A stretch of 64,000 nt of DNA from Clostridia bacterium (GTDB taxonomy: Bacteria > Bacillota > Clostridia > UBA1381 > UMGS1253), in the NCBI GenBank assembly GCA_045537695.1, contig JAZSQB010000069.1, positions 4,730 through 68,729 on the forward strand, written 5' to 3'. Position 1 is the stretch's first letter. Every line of letters starts with the position of its first letter. The notes beneath the pieces are model-generated. The model saw only the letters and a program-made list of their open reading frames with translations, made no database searches and was not told the DNA's origin. This document shows, in pieces, positions 45,249 through 54,093 of this stretch. The translations under genes and the position numbers were made by a program.

Positions 45249-45983
45249 ATGTCTGAATTCAAAAATAAATGTGTTGCCTGGATAAAAGCAAATCGCTATT
45301 ACATAGTGCTCGCACTATGTATCCTGACCGTCAGCGGCACATATCTTCTGCTCAACAACGCTGTTTCTTTAGAGCAAACGCCGCGCAAAGAGGCACAATA
45401 CGTTGCACCGCCGGTGACGGAAACACCGCTGCCGGATTTGGCGGAATACTTCCCGCCGGAATTGGAGCCGGAAAAACAAAGCGAAACAACGAAAGCACCA
45501 TCTGTCGCGCCTGATTTGACGCAAGAAGACACTGCTATGCGCGTGTCCGCCGATGCCCCCGAGGTGGAAAAAGCGGAATTGCACTACAAGTATCCGTTAA
45601 ACGGAAAAATCTCCAAAGGCTTCTCCGGCGATACGTTGGTGTTTTCCAAAACCATGTCGGACTGGCGCATCCACAGCGGCATAGACATTGCCGCCGAAGC
45701 CGGCACCGATGTCTGCGCTTGCGCAGACGGCACCGTAGAGGATGTGTTTACGGATGAACGCATGGGCATCACTATCGTTTTGCGCCATCCGGACGGTGTG
45801 CAATCCATTTACAGCAATCTCTCCAGCGGTCTTTTGGTCGAAGTCGGGCAAAGCATCCGCGGCGGCGAGGTCATCAGCTCGGTCGGCACCTCTGCCCTCT
45901 TTGAAGCGGCAGACGAAAGCCATCTGCACTTTGAACTGACCAAAGACGGCACGCATATTGACCCGCTGGCGTATTTACAATAA
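45249..45983 (+). CDS. membrane-anchored M23/LytM peptidase (SpoIIQ-like architecture)
   Basis: TM YYIVLALCILTVSGTYLLL, linker, then a LytM domain with HSGID and HLHFE. Confidence 0.75.
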   Translation: MSEFKNKCVAWIKANRYYIVLALCILTVSGTYLLLNNAVSLEQTPRKEAQYVAPPVTETPLPDLAEYFPPELEPEKQSETTKAPSVAPDLTQEDTAMRVSADAPEVEKAELHYKYPLNGKISKGFSGDTLVFSKTMSDWRIHSGIDIAAEAGTDVCACADGTVEDVFTDERMGITIVLRHPDGVQSIYSNLSSGLLVEVGQSIRGGEVISSVGTSALFEAADESHLHFELTKDGTHIDPLAYLQ

Positions 45984-45990
45984 TTTTTCT

Positions 45991-46024
45991 AAAGAGCGAC
46001 ACGCATTGCGTATCGCTCTTTTCT
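45991..46024 (+). terminator. rho-independent terminator
   Basis: AAGAGCGA (45992-45999) pairs with TCGCTCTT (46013-46020), then a T-run. Confidence 0.7.
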
Positions 46025-46052
46025 TGACTACCGTCGCTTTTTGTGGCATAAT
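46024..46052 (+). promoter_or_regulatory. sigma-70-type promoter for the CDF transporter gene
   Basis: TTGACT, 17 nt, CATAAT. Confidence 0.55.
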
Positions 46053-46068
46053 ATAAATATATATTTTT

Positions 46069-47256
46069 ATGACAAGGCTGGTTACATGGATGCATAATTT
46101 ATTATTTAGAATTTTTATTAAAAATCACACCAATACAAGCGACCCTGCCGTGCGCCGGCACTACGGCATTTTAGGCGGCGCCATCGGCATTGCGCTCAAT
46201 ATTCTATTGTTTATCTTCAAAACCGTGGCAGGTCTGCTTTCTGCATCCGTGTCTATGATTGCGGATGCGCTAAACAACCTCTCCGATGCGGGCTCATCCG
46301 TCATCTCTTTGGTTGGCTTTAAAATGTCCGGTAAACCGGCAGACAAGGATCACCCCTTTGGGCACGGACGCATCGAATACATCAGCGCGCTGTTTGTTTC
46401 TATCATCATCTTTATGATGGGCTTTGAGCTCATCCGAACCTCCTGGGACAGAATACGCCACCCGCAGGCTACGCAGTTCAGCACAGTGGCATTTGTCATT
46501 TTAATTGTTTCCATCGCGGTCAAGTTCTGGATGTTCCTGCTCAATCGCAGCATTGGAAAAAAAATTGATTCACCGGCAATTCTCGGCACGGCAAAGGACT
46601 CCATTTCCGATGCGATTGCAACGCTTACCGTTCTGCTCGGTGCAATTTTTGCAAAAGTCACCGATATTATGATTGACGGCTACCTTGGTATGCTGGTTTC
46701 CCTTTTTATCCTGTATGCCGGTTATTCTACGCTCAAAGAGGCGCTCGCGCCCCTGCTCGGCCAACCGCCAGAGCAATCTTTGGTGGACGAAATTGAAAAA
46801 ACCGTGCTCGCCCACGAAGGCATCATCGGCATGCACGATTTAATTATACATAACTACGGTCCGGCGCGTTTTATGCTTTCGCTGCACGCCGAAGTACCGT
46901 GCGACGGCGATGTGCTCGCTCTGCACGATACGATTGATTTAGTCGAAAAAGAGCTTTCCATCCGTTTAAACTGCGATGCGGTCATTCATATGGATCCGGT
47001 GGAAACCAACAACGCCGTCATTACGGAAGCAAAGCAATTTGTATCGCACGTCATCAAAGAGGTTTCCGACGAGCTTTCCATCCACGATTTTCGTATGGTC
47101 AGCGGTACAACGCACACCAACTTGATTTTCGATGTTGTTGTACCGTATAATTTTACAATGTCCAACAGTGAAATTGCCGCCGTGGTGGAAGAAAAGCTCA
47201 AAGGCTACAACCAAAACTATTTTGCAGTTATGACTTTTGAAAACAAATACATTTAG
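46069..47256 (+). CDS. cation diffusion facilitator family transporter
   Basis: ADALNNLSDAGSS, HPFGHGRIEY, 6 TM plus a C-terminal cytoplasmic domain. Alternative start at 46090. Confidence 0.85.
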   Translation: MTRLVTWMHNLLFRIFIKNHTNTSDPAVRRHYGILGGAIGIALNILLFIFKTVAGLLSASVSMIADALNNLSDAGSSVISLVGFKMSGKPADKDHPFGHGRIEYISALFVSIIIFMMGFELIRTSWDRIRHPQATQFSTVAFVILIVSIAVKFWMFLLNRSIGKKIDSPAILGTAKDSISDAIATLTVLLGAIFAKVTDIMIDGYLGMLVSLFILYAGYSTLKEALAPLLGQPPEQSLVDEIEKTVLAHEGIIGMHDLIIHNYGPARFMLSLHAEVPCDGDVLALHDTIDLVEKELSIRLNCDAVIHMDPVETNNAVITEAKQFVSHVIKEVSDELSIHDFRMVSGTTHTNLIFDVVVPYNFTMSNSEIAAVVEEKLKGYNQNYFAVMTFENKYI

Positions 47257-47268
47257 TGAGGAAAACCC

Positions 47269-48804
47269 ATGCAAATTTTCAGAAAAATATGCATCTTACT
47301 TCTGGCGCTGTGCTGTCTGCTGTCTGTCAGCGTGACAACTCACGCCTTTGAGCCGGATGTAAACCGTTTCACATTTATTCCCATAGAATACGACGGCAAA
47401 ATTTCAGATGCCCTTCCCTGCAGCGATGGGCTGTTTGCCATTAAAAACGAAGCTTTTAAAACCGGCTATCTTGCCGCGGACGCCACACTGAAAATTCCGT
47501 TTGCATTTTCCGACGGCGGCAGCTTTAGCGCCGGTCTTGCGCCGGCAATGGTCGCAAACGGCAAATACGGCTATATCAACAAATACGGTCTGTTTGAAAT
47601 CGCACCCGCCTATGACAGCGCAAATGCGTTTTCGGATGGTCTGTCGCTTGTAGAAAAAGACACACAAGCATTCTATATAGATGCAACCGGCAAAAAAGTA
47701 AGCTTTGCCACACAGGCAGACTATACCCCTATCAGCAGTTATCACGACGGCAGTGTCTGGGTCATGGACGCGAACGGCGGCTATCGCCTTTTGCGCAAGG
47801 ACGCTACTTTTTTAAACGACGTCCCCTATCTCTGGGCGGGGGAGTTTTCCGAAGGCGTATGCTGGGTCAGTCCGGAAAGTGGCGATGACTTTATAGATTT
47901 TTCTATGCAATTGATAGATGCGAACGGCAATGTGCTGATAGAAAAAGGCATTTACACTTCTGCCACCGTTTACAAAGACGGCGTTTGCTGGGCAAAGCGC
48001 ACCGCAGATGGCAAGATTGTGCTGATTGACAAGCAAGGTAGCGTGCTCTTTATTGCAGAAAATGCGGAAGCGATGCCGACACCGTTTGCAAACGGTGTCA
48101 GCGTCAGCATGGAAAACGGATTGTTTACACTGCGCAATCCGGAGGGTATTGTCCTGTTTTCCTCTCTCAAATATCGCGCTATAAACTACGGCGGATTTTC
48201 GGAAGGCAGCCTCTTGGTGCACAACACAACCGAGGACAAGTATTACATTATGCGCGACAACCGCTATGTGCCGGAAGAAAAATTTATAGCCGCACACGAA
48301 TTTGGATATTGCGAAACGTACGGAAAAGGCAACCGCTTTGAAATTGTATTCCGGCTTGGTTCCCCGTTTGCCATTGTCAACGGCGAAAAGATGTATATCG
48401 ATGCCGCAAACCCAAACGTGAAGGCATTTACGCAAAATGACCGCACACTGATTCCGATGCGCTTTTTATCCGAGCATCTGCCCGGCTGGCGCATCACGTG
48501 GGATTATATCACTGAAAGTGCCGTGCTTCAAAGCGATACCTTGTCGGCAAGCTTTAAGGACGGCGTCCGTTTGCTAAGCTATATCCAATTCAACCCAGAG
48601 AAAAAGCAATATGACAGCTTGACAAAGTCATTAGACCAACCACCTCTGATTTTAGACGGACGTATGTTTTTGCCCGTGCGCGCACTCAGCGAGTTGATGG
48701 AAGTGAATGTCTTTTACGACGCACGCGGTTTGGTTGTATTTTCCAATACAATAGAAAATTTATCCGAAGCAGATGCGACGCAGCTGCTTGCAACTTTTGA
48801 GTAA
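47269..48804 (+). CDS. secreted WG-repeat protein with C-terminal copper-amine-oxidase-N-like (stalk) domain
   Basis: Signal peptide. Repeated GKYGYIN/..G(L/V)..V.. WG-type repeats. C-terminal NDRTLIPMRFLSE.. and GRMFLPVRALSE. Confidence 0.7.
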   Translation: MQIFRKICILLLALCCLLSVSVTTHAFEPDVNRFTFIPIEYDGKISDALPCSDGLFAIKNEAFKTGYLAADATLKIPFAFSDGGSFSAGLAPAMVANGKYGYINKYGLFEIAPAYDSANAFSDGLSLVEKDTQAFYIDATGKKVSFATQADYTPISSYHDGSVWVMDANGGYRLLRKDATFLNDVPYLWAGEFSEGVCWVSPESGDDFIDFSMQLIDANGNVLIEKGIYTSATVYKDGVCWAKRTADGKIVLIDKQGSVLFIAENAEAMPTPFANGVSVSMENGLFTLRNPEGIVLFSSLKYRAINYGGFSEGSLLVHNTTEDKYYIMRDNRYVPEEKFIAAHEFGYCETYGKGNRFEIVFRLGSPFAIVNGEKMYIDAANPNVKAFTQNDRTLIPMRFLSEHLPGWRITWDYITESAVLQSDTLSASFKDGVRLLSYIQFNPEKKQYDSLTKSLDQPPLILDGRMFLPVRALSELMEVNVFYDARGLVVFSNTIENLSEADATQLLATFE

Positions 48805-48819
48805 AGGTGGACTGCTACA

Positions 48820-50007
48820 ATGCAAATTCCTGCCTATGTACAATTTGTATTAGACGCATTAAATCAAAGCGGATTTGATGCCTACATCGTCGGTGGCAGT
48901 GTGCGTGATGCACTACGCGGTCAACAGCCAGATGATTTTGATGTAACGACAAATGCACTGCCGAAAGAGATTATTCAAGTCTTTGACGGCAAATGCAAAG
49001 TGATTTTAACCGGTCTTAAACACGGTACAGTTACCGTGCTTTCCGACAAAATGCCGATTGAAGTGACCACCTACCGCACGGACGGCGACTACAAGGACAA
49101 CCGCCATCCGGAAAGCGTGACCTTTATCGGCAAGATTGACGGCGACCTCGCAAGGCGCGATTTCACCGTCAATGCCATGGCTTATGCGCCGAGCAAAGGG
49201 TTAGTAGATCTCTTCGGCGGACAAGCCGATTTACAAAGCCAGATTCTGCGCTGTGTCGGCACGCCGGATATTCGTTTTCACGAGGATGCACTGCGTATGC
49301 TGCGCGCACTGCGTTTTGCATCGGTGTTGCAGTTTGAGATTGAACCGGAAACCGAAAAAAGCATCCGCCAAAACCGCGCACTGCTCAAAAACGTTTCCGC
49401 AGAGCGCATCCGCACAGAGTTGTTTAAGCTGCTCTGCGGCGCAGATGCAAAAAAAGTATTACTTGCTTATAAAGATATATTTTTCACGCTGTTTCCGGCA
49501 CTCGAGGATGGATATACAAACGAAAGCTATACCGAAGCCATTTCGTATATGTCTACCCTGCCGAAAGATGCCTGCGTGCGCTTTGCCGCACTGCTGATGC
49601 CGGCAGTCCCATACTTAGAGGCTTGTTATACGGCAACAGACAGTTTAAAAACCGACAGAAAGTCTGCCGATGCAATCAAGTTTGCAATTTCGCATATAAA
49701 CGAGCGTGTCGGTTCTGATAAAATCAGCATCCGCCGCGCCCTCAGTCGCTACGGCGAAGCACATTTGCGTTTTTTACTCACACTGCAAAACGCAACGAAT
49801 GCCCTATCCACGCTCGACACCGTCCTTACAAACGGCGACGTTTACAGCATCCGTGATTTGGCTATCCGCGGCGAAGATATTGCCGCCTTGGGTTACACCG
49901 GCAAGCAAATCGGCGAAGTGCTCTCGCAGTTGTTGGATATGGTGATGGAAGAAAGCTTAGAGAATCGGAAAGAAAAGCTTGTAAAAGCAATTGAACGCAT
50001 AAAATAA
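48820..50007 (+). CDS. cca: CCA-adding tRNA nucleotidyltransferase
   Basis: YIVGGSVRDALRG..DDFDVTT, TYRTDG, RRDFTVNAMA. Confidence 0.9.
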   Translation: MQIPAYVQFVLDALNQSGFDAYIVGGSVRDALRGQQPDDFDVTTNALPKEIIQVFDGKCKVILTGLKHGTVTVLSDKMPIEVTTYRTDGDYKDNRHPESVTFIGKIDGDLARRDFTVNAMAYAPSKGLVDLFGGQADLQSQILRCVGTPDIRFHEDALRMLRALRFASVLQFEIEPETEKSIRQNRALLKNVSAERIRTELFKLLCGADAKKVLLAYKDIFFTLFPALEDGYTNESYTEAISYMSTLPKDACVRFAALLMPAVPYLEACYTATDSLKTDRKSADAIKFAISHINERVGSDKISIRRALSRYGEAHLRFLLTLQNATNALSTLDTVLTNGDVYSIRDLAIRGEDIAALGYTGKQIGEVLSQLLDMVMEESLENRKEKLVKAIERIK

Positions 50008-50049
50008 AGCATCCCACTATGTGAACTGCACCATAGGGGATGCTTTTTC
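50007..50049. terminator. hairpin terminator between convergent cca and the glutamine synthetase gene
   Basis: AGCATCCCACTATG pairs with CATAGGGGATGCT (bulged stem), then TTTTT. Confidence 0.65.
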
Positions 50050-50136
50050 TATTGTCCATTTTTACCGGACCTGTTTAGGTACCAAAACCCAATTCAATTC
50101 TATAAAATTTTCAAAAGCATACCGGCATAACAACTA

Positions 50137-52230
50137 TCACACACCGAACATTAAATCGTCGTATGTCGGGTACGGCCAGTACTTCGACGGTGTCATCGCC
50201 TGAATGGTGTCCGCGGTTTTGCGCAGTGCGTCCATACACGGAATGACCTTATCTTTATACGCCGGTGCTTGCGCAGCCCCGTCTGCAATCTTTGTAACCT
50301 CTTGCACTGCCAGATCCAGCGCTTCCGTATTTTCGTGCAGCTGCGTAATCAGCTTAGAAAGCTTCTTAGCCAAAATAAGCTCTGCATCCTGCGCAGTTGC
50401 AATGCCAAGCGTCGCCTTTGCATTCTGCGTATCCGCAAGCTCGCGCATATACAGCACCGCTGCCGGCATAATATCTCTTCTTGCCATATTCAGCATCGTC
50501 AGCGACTCGATATGAAGCACCTTTGAATAGTTTTCAAGCATGCTTTCGCATCTGGAATGCATTTCCGTTTCGGTAAATATACCGTACTTTTCAAAGAGGG
50601 CAATGTTCTTTTCCGCCACGAATGCCGGCAGGGCATCCGGTGTGGTTTTAAGCTCTGTAAGACCGCGCTTTTTCGCCTCTCTCGCCCATTCCTCGGAATA
50701 ATTGTTGCCGTTAAACACAATGCGCTTATGCGCAACGTAGGTTTTGCGAATCAATTCGCGCACAGCGGCTTCATCGCATACCTCCAAAGCTTCCAGCTCT
50801 GTTGCCATATCATCGAGCGCCTCGGCAACGATGGTATTAAGCACAATATTACAATCGGAAATGGAAAACGACGAACCTACCATACGAAATTCAAACTTGT
50901 TTCCCGTAAACGCAAATGGAGAGGTACGATTTCTATCCGTGGTATCTTTTCGGAAATTCGGCAGTACATCTACGCCGCTTTCAAAGCGACCTGCAGAGTG
51001 CTGCTCATAGGTAATGCCTTTTTCAATTGCATCCAGTACGCCTTCCAACTCATCGCCGACATACATCGACACAATCGCCGGCGGCGCTTCGTGTCCGCCG
51101 AGACGGCAGTCATTGCCCGCACTGGCAACCGAAGCACGCAATAAATCCTGATACTTGTCCACCGCTTTAATCACCGCGGCAAGGAACACCAAAAACTGCG
51201 TATTTTCATACGGACGCTTGGTCGGATTGAGCAAATTCTCCCCTGCATCCGTGTTTAACGACCAGTTGTTATGCTTACCGCTACCGTTTACGCCGGCAAA
51301 TGGCTTTTCGTGCAGCAGGCACACAAGCCCATGCTTTAATGCAACCTTTTTCATAACCTCCATCGTCAGCTGATTGTGGTCGGTTGCGATGTTGGAGGTA
51401 CTGTAAATCGGCGCCATTTCGTGCTGCGCCGGTGCAACCTCGTTGTGCTTAGTCTTCGAAAGCACGCCAAGCTTCCAGAGCTCTTCGTCGAGCTCCTTCA
51501 TATAAGCAGACACACGCGGCTTGATATTACCGTAGTAATGGTCCTCTAATTCCTGCCCCTTCGGCGCCGGGGTGCCGAAAAGTGTTCTGCCTGCAAAAAT
51601 CAAGTCTTTTCGCTTATCATAATATTTTTTATCTACCAAAAAGTATTCCTGCTCTGCGCCGACAGTGGTGATAACACGATGCACTTCCCTTTTACCAAGC
51701 AAATTCAAAATACGAACCGCCTGCTTATTCATCAGTTCCACGGAACGCAAAAGCGGTGTTTTCTTATCCAACACTTCGCCGCTGTACGAGCAAAATGCCG
51801 TCGGGATACAGAGCGTGCCGTCCTTAATAAACGCATACGAGGTCGGGTCCCAAACCGTATAACCTCTTGCCTCAAAGGTTTCGCGGATACCGCGGGACGG
51901 GAAGCTTGACGCGTCGGACTCACCCTTGATGAGTGCTTTGCCGCTGAATTCCATAATGACATTGTCATCATCGGTCGGCTCAATAAAGCTGTCGTGCTTT
52001 TCCGCCGTAATACCGGTCATCGGCTGAAACCAATGCGTATAGTGCGTTGCACCCTTTTCGACTGCCCAATCCTTCATGGCATTGGCAACTACGTTTGCAA
52101 CATCACTCGAAAGCGGCGCGCCGTCTTTAATTGTCTTTTGCAGCTCAGCATACGTATCTTCCGGCAACCATTTTTTCATTGCACGGGTATTAAACACCAT
52201 ACTGCCAAACATTTCCGGTACGGAACTCAT
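50137..52230 (-). CDS. glnN: type III glutamine synthetase
   Basis: About 697 aa. MFGSMVFN..AMKKWLP start typical of GSIII. ..NGSGKHNNWS.. active-site region. GGGAG RBS before the ATG at 52230. Confidence 0.85.
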   Translation of the reverse strand: MSSVPEMFGSMVFNTRAMKKWLPEDTYAELQKTIKDGAPLSSDVANVVANAMKDWAVEKGATHYTHWFQPMTGITAEKHDSFIEPTDDDNVIMEFSGKALIKGESDASSFPSRGIRETFEARGYTVWDPTSYAFIKDGTLCIPTAFCSYSGEVLDKKTPLLRSVELMNKQAVRILNLLGKREVHRVITTVGAEQEYFLVDKKYYDKRKDLIFAGRTLFGTPAPKGQELEDHYYGNIKPRVSAYMKELDEELWKLGVLSKTKHNEVAPAQHEMAPIYSTSNIATDHNQLTMEVMKKVALKHGLVCLLHEKPFAGVNGSGKHNNWSLNTDAGENLLNPTKRPYENTQFLVFLAAVIKAVDKYQDLLRASVASAGNDCRLGGHEAPPAIVSMYVGDELEGVLDAIEKGITYEQHSAGRFESGVDVLPNFRKDTTDRNRTSPFAFTGNKFEFRMVGSSFSISDCNIVLNTIVAEALDDMATELEALEVCDEAAVRELIRKTYVAHKRIVFNGNNYSEEWAREAKKRGLTELKTTPDALPAFVAEKNIALFEKYGIFTETEMHSRCESMLENYSKVLHIESLTMLNMARRDIMPAAVLYMRELADTQNAKATLGIATAQDAELILAKKLSKLITQLHENTEALDLAVQEVTKIADGAAQAPAYKDKVIPCMDALRKTADTIQAMTPSKYWPYPTYDDLMFGV

Positions 52231-52397
52231 GTACAACAACTCCCATCGGCTAAATAAAAACACCTTGTAATTATACACTATGTGCCATTTAATGTCAACT
52301 TTTTTCAGGATGTAACAAAAAAGAAATCAATTTTTCTGTTGTATAGAAAATACTTTTGTGTTAAAATATTTTCAATAAGCTGAGGGGAGCGTTGCAA

Positions 52398-52868
52398 ATG
52401 CGTATTGTTGTGTTTTCCGACACGCATCGAAATATAAGCGGCTGTATACAGTTGCTTGAAAATATGCAAGGGCAAATCGATGCGGTTTTGCACGCGGGCG
52501 ACATCGCCGAAGATATCGAAAAGCTAAAAAGCACTTTCCCCCATATGGCGATATGCGGCGTGCGCGGCAATAACGATTTTTACACGAATTTACCAACGGA
52601 GCTTCTGCTCGACTATGAAGGCATAAAGATTTTTTTAACGCATGGGCATCGCTACAAGGTAAAATACACCTATGAAGATATTGCGGATGTTGCCATAGCG
52701 AAAGGCGCGCAAATTGCAGTATTTGGGCACACGCACCAATCCTGTGACCGCATAGAAAAAGGCGTACATCTGCTCAATCCGGGCAGTGCCGGCGGTCTTT
52801 GGCCGACCTACGCCATCATCGAAATGGAAAACGGAAAAATTTCTACTGATATTATTAGCTTGAGGTGA
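52398..52868 (+). CDS. YfcE/MJ0936-family metallophosphoesterase
   Basis: VFSDTHRN, HAGD, GNND, THGH, GHTH. Confidence 0.85.
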   Translation: MRIVVFSDTHRNISGCIQLLENMQGQIDAVLHAGDIAEDIEKLKSTFPHMAICGVRGNNDFYTNLPTELLLDYEGIKIFLTHGHRYKVKYTYEDIADVAIAKGAQIAVFGHTHQSCDRIEKGVHLLNPGSAGGLWPTYAIIEMENGKISTDIISLR

Positions 52869-52873
52869 AATAT

Positions 52874-53635
52874 ATGATTATTGTAATAGACGTGGGAAAC
52901 ACAAACATTGTTGTCGGTGCGTTTTCGGACAACGGTTTAATCCGTAGCTGGAGAATGTCGACAGACTTTCAGCGAAGCTCGGACGAAACCGGTATTTTCT
53001 TTTCGCAGCTTCTGTCGCACAGCGGTCTGCAAATCCGCGATATAGAGGCGGTGGTAGTCTCTTCCGTTGTGCCGCAGATTATGTTTTCCTTAGAGCGTGC
53101 TATCAAGCGTTATTTAAGACATACGCCGATTATTATCAGCAAAAATGTTGCCACCGGCTTGCAGATTAAAACCGATAACCCGAGCGAAGTTGGTGCTGAC
53201 CGTATTGTAAATGCAGTTGCGGTGCACAATCTTTATCCGGGCGACAGCATTATTATCGACTTCGGTACAGCAACCACCTTCTGTGCGCTCAAGGCAAACG
53301 GCGATTATCTCGGCGGCGTCATTTGCCCAGGCATCAAAATCGCATTGGATGCTTTGATTGAAAAAACGGCAAAGCTGCCGAAAATCGAATTGGTGCGTCC
53401 TGAAAAGGTTATCGGCACAAACACAGTCGCTTCTATGCAATCCGGTGCCATTTACGGCTATGCCGGACAGATTGAAAGCATCGTCAGCCGCATAAAGTCG
53501 GAAATTGGTGAAGCGCAGGTCATTGCTACCGGCGGTGTAGCTTCCCTGATTAAAGAAGCAACAAATGTGATTGATATTCTTGACCCAAACCTCACGCTGA
53601 AGGGTTTAAAATTGCTCTACGATATGAATAAATAA
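52874..53635 (+). CDS. coaX: type III pantothenate kinase
   Basis: MIIVIDVGNTN.., GADRIVNAVA, IDFGTATTF, VIATGG. Confidence 0.92.
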   Translation: MIIVIDVGNTNIVVGAFSDNGLIRSWRMSTDFQRSSDETGIFFSQLLSHSGLQIRDIEAVVVSSVVPQIMFSLERAIKRYLRHTPIIISKNVATGLQIKTDNPSEVGADRIVNAVAVHNLYPGDSIIIDFGTATTFCALKANGDYLGGVICPGIKIALDALIEKTAKLPKIELVRPEKVIGTNTVASMQSGAIYGYAGQIESIVSRIKSEIGEAQVIATGGVASLIKEATNVIDILDPNLTLKGLKLLYDMNK

Positions 53636-53667
53636 GTAAAGGGGATGTAAAAAAGTCCCATAAAGAC

Positions 53668-53694
53668 TCGAGGATGATAAATCCTCGATTTTTT
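53668..53694 (+). terminator. rho-independent terminator after coaX
   Basis: TCGAGGAT-GATAA-ATCCTCGA followed by TTTTTT. Confidence 0.85.
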
Positions 53695-53980
53695 GTGCAA
53701 AAAACAGGCTGAAACCTTAGCGGAATCAGCCATTTTGTGGTATAAAGTAATGGATGTAAATCATTCATCGCAACGGTGCGTATTCTACACCAATTTAAAT
53801 TTCCAGTGTATTTAGGAAAAATTATTAAAATTTCTGCTCCAATATACACATACAACGAAATAATGCGTAAGGTTAGGTTAACCTAAGAAAACACCTTGTT
53901 GTAAATGGAAACCGGGTTGGTGAATCCGAGAGGGGACCCAAAAATGAAGCTTTCTCAAAATCAACACTGTACATAATCAG

Positions 53981-54004
53981 CAAAATGCCGGTTTCGGCAT
54001 TTTG
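53981..54004. terminator. hairpin downstream of the 1503-aa gene (also closes a plus-strand micro-ORF)
   Basis: CAAAATGCCG-GTTT-CGGCATTTTG. Confidence 0.55.
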
Positions 54005-54093
54005 CCAAAACCGGACACATTGCTAATAGTATTGTTCTGCTTTAAAAAACTACAATTGACTTTTTCATGCTTTTCAATATCTTTTTGTGCTAT

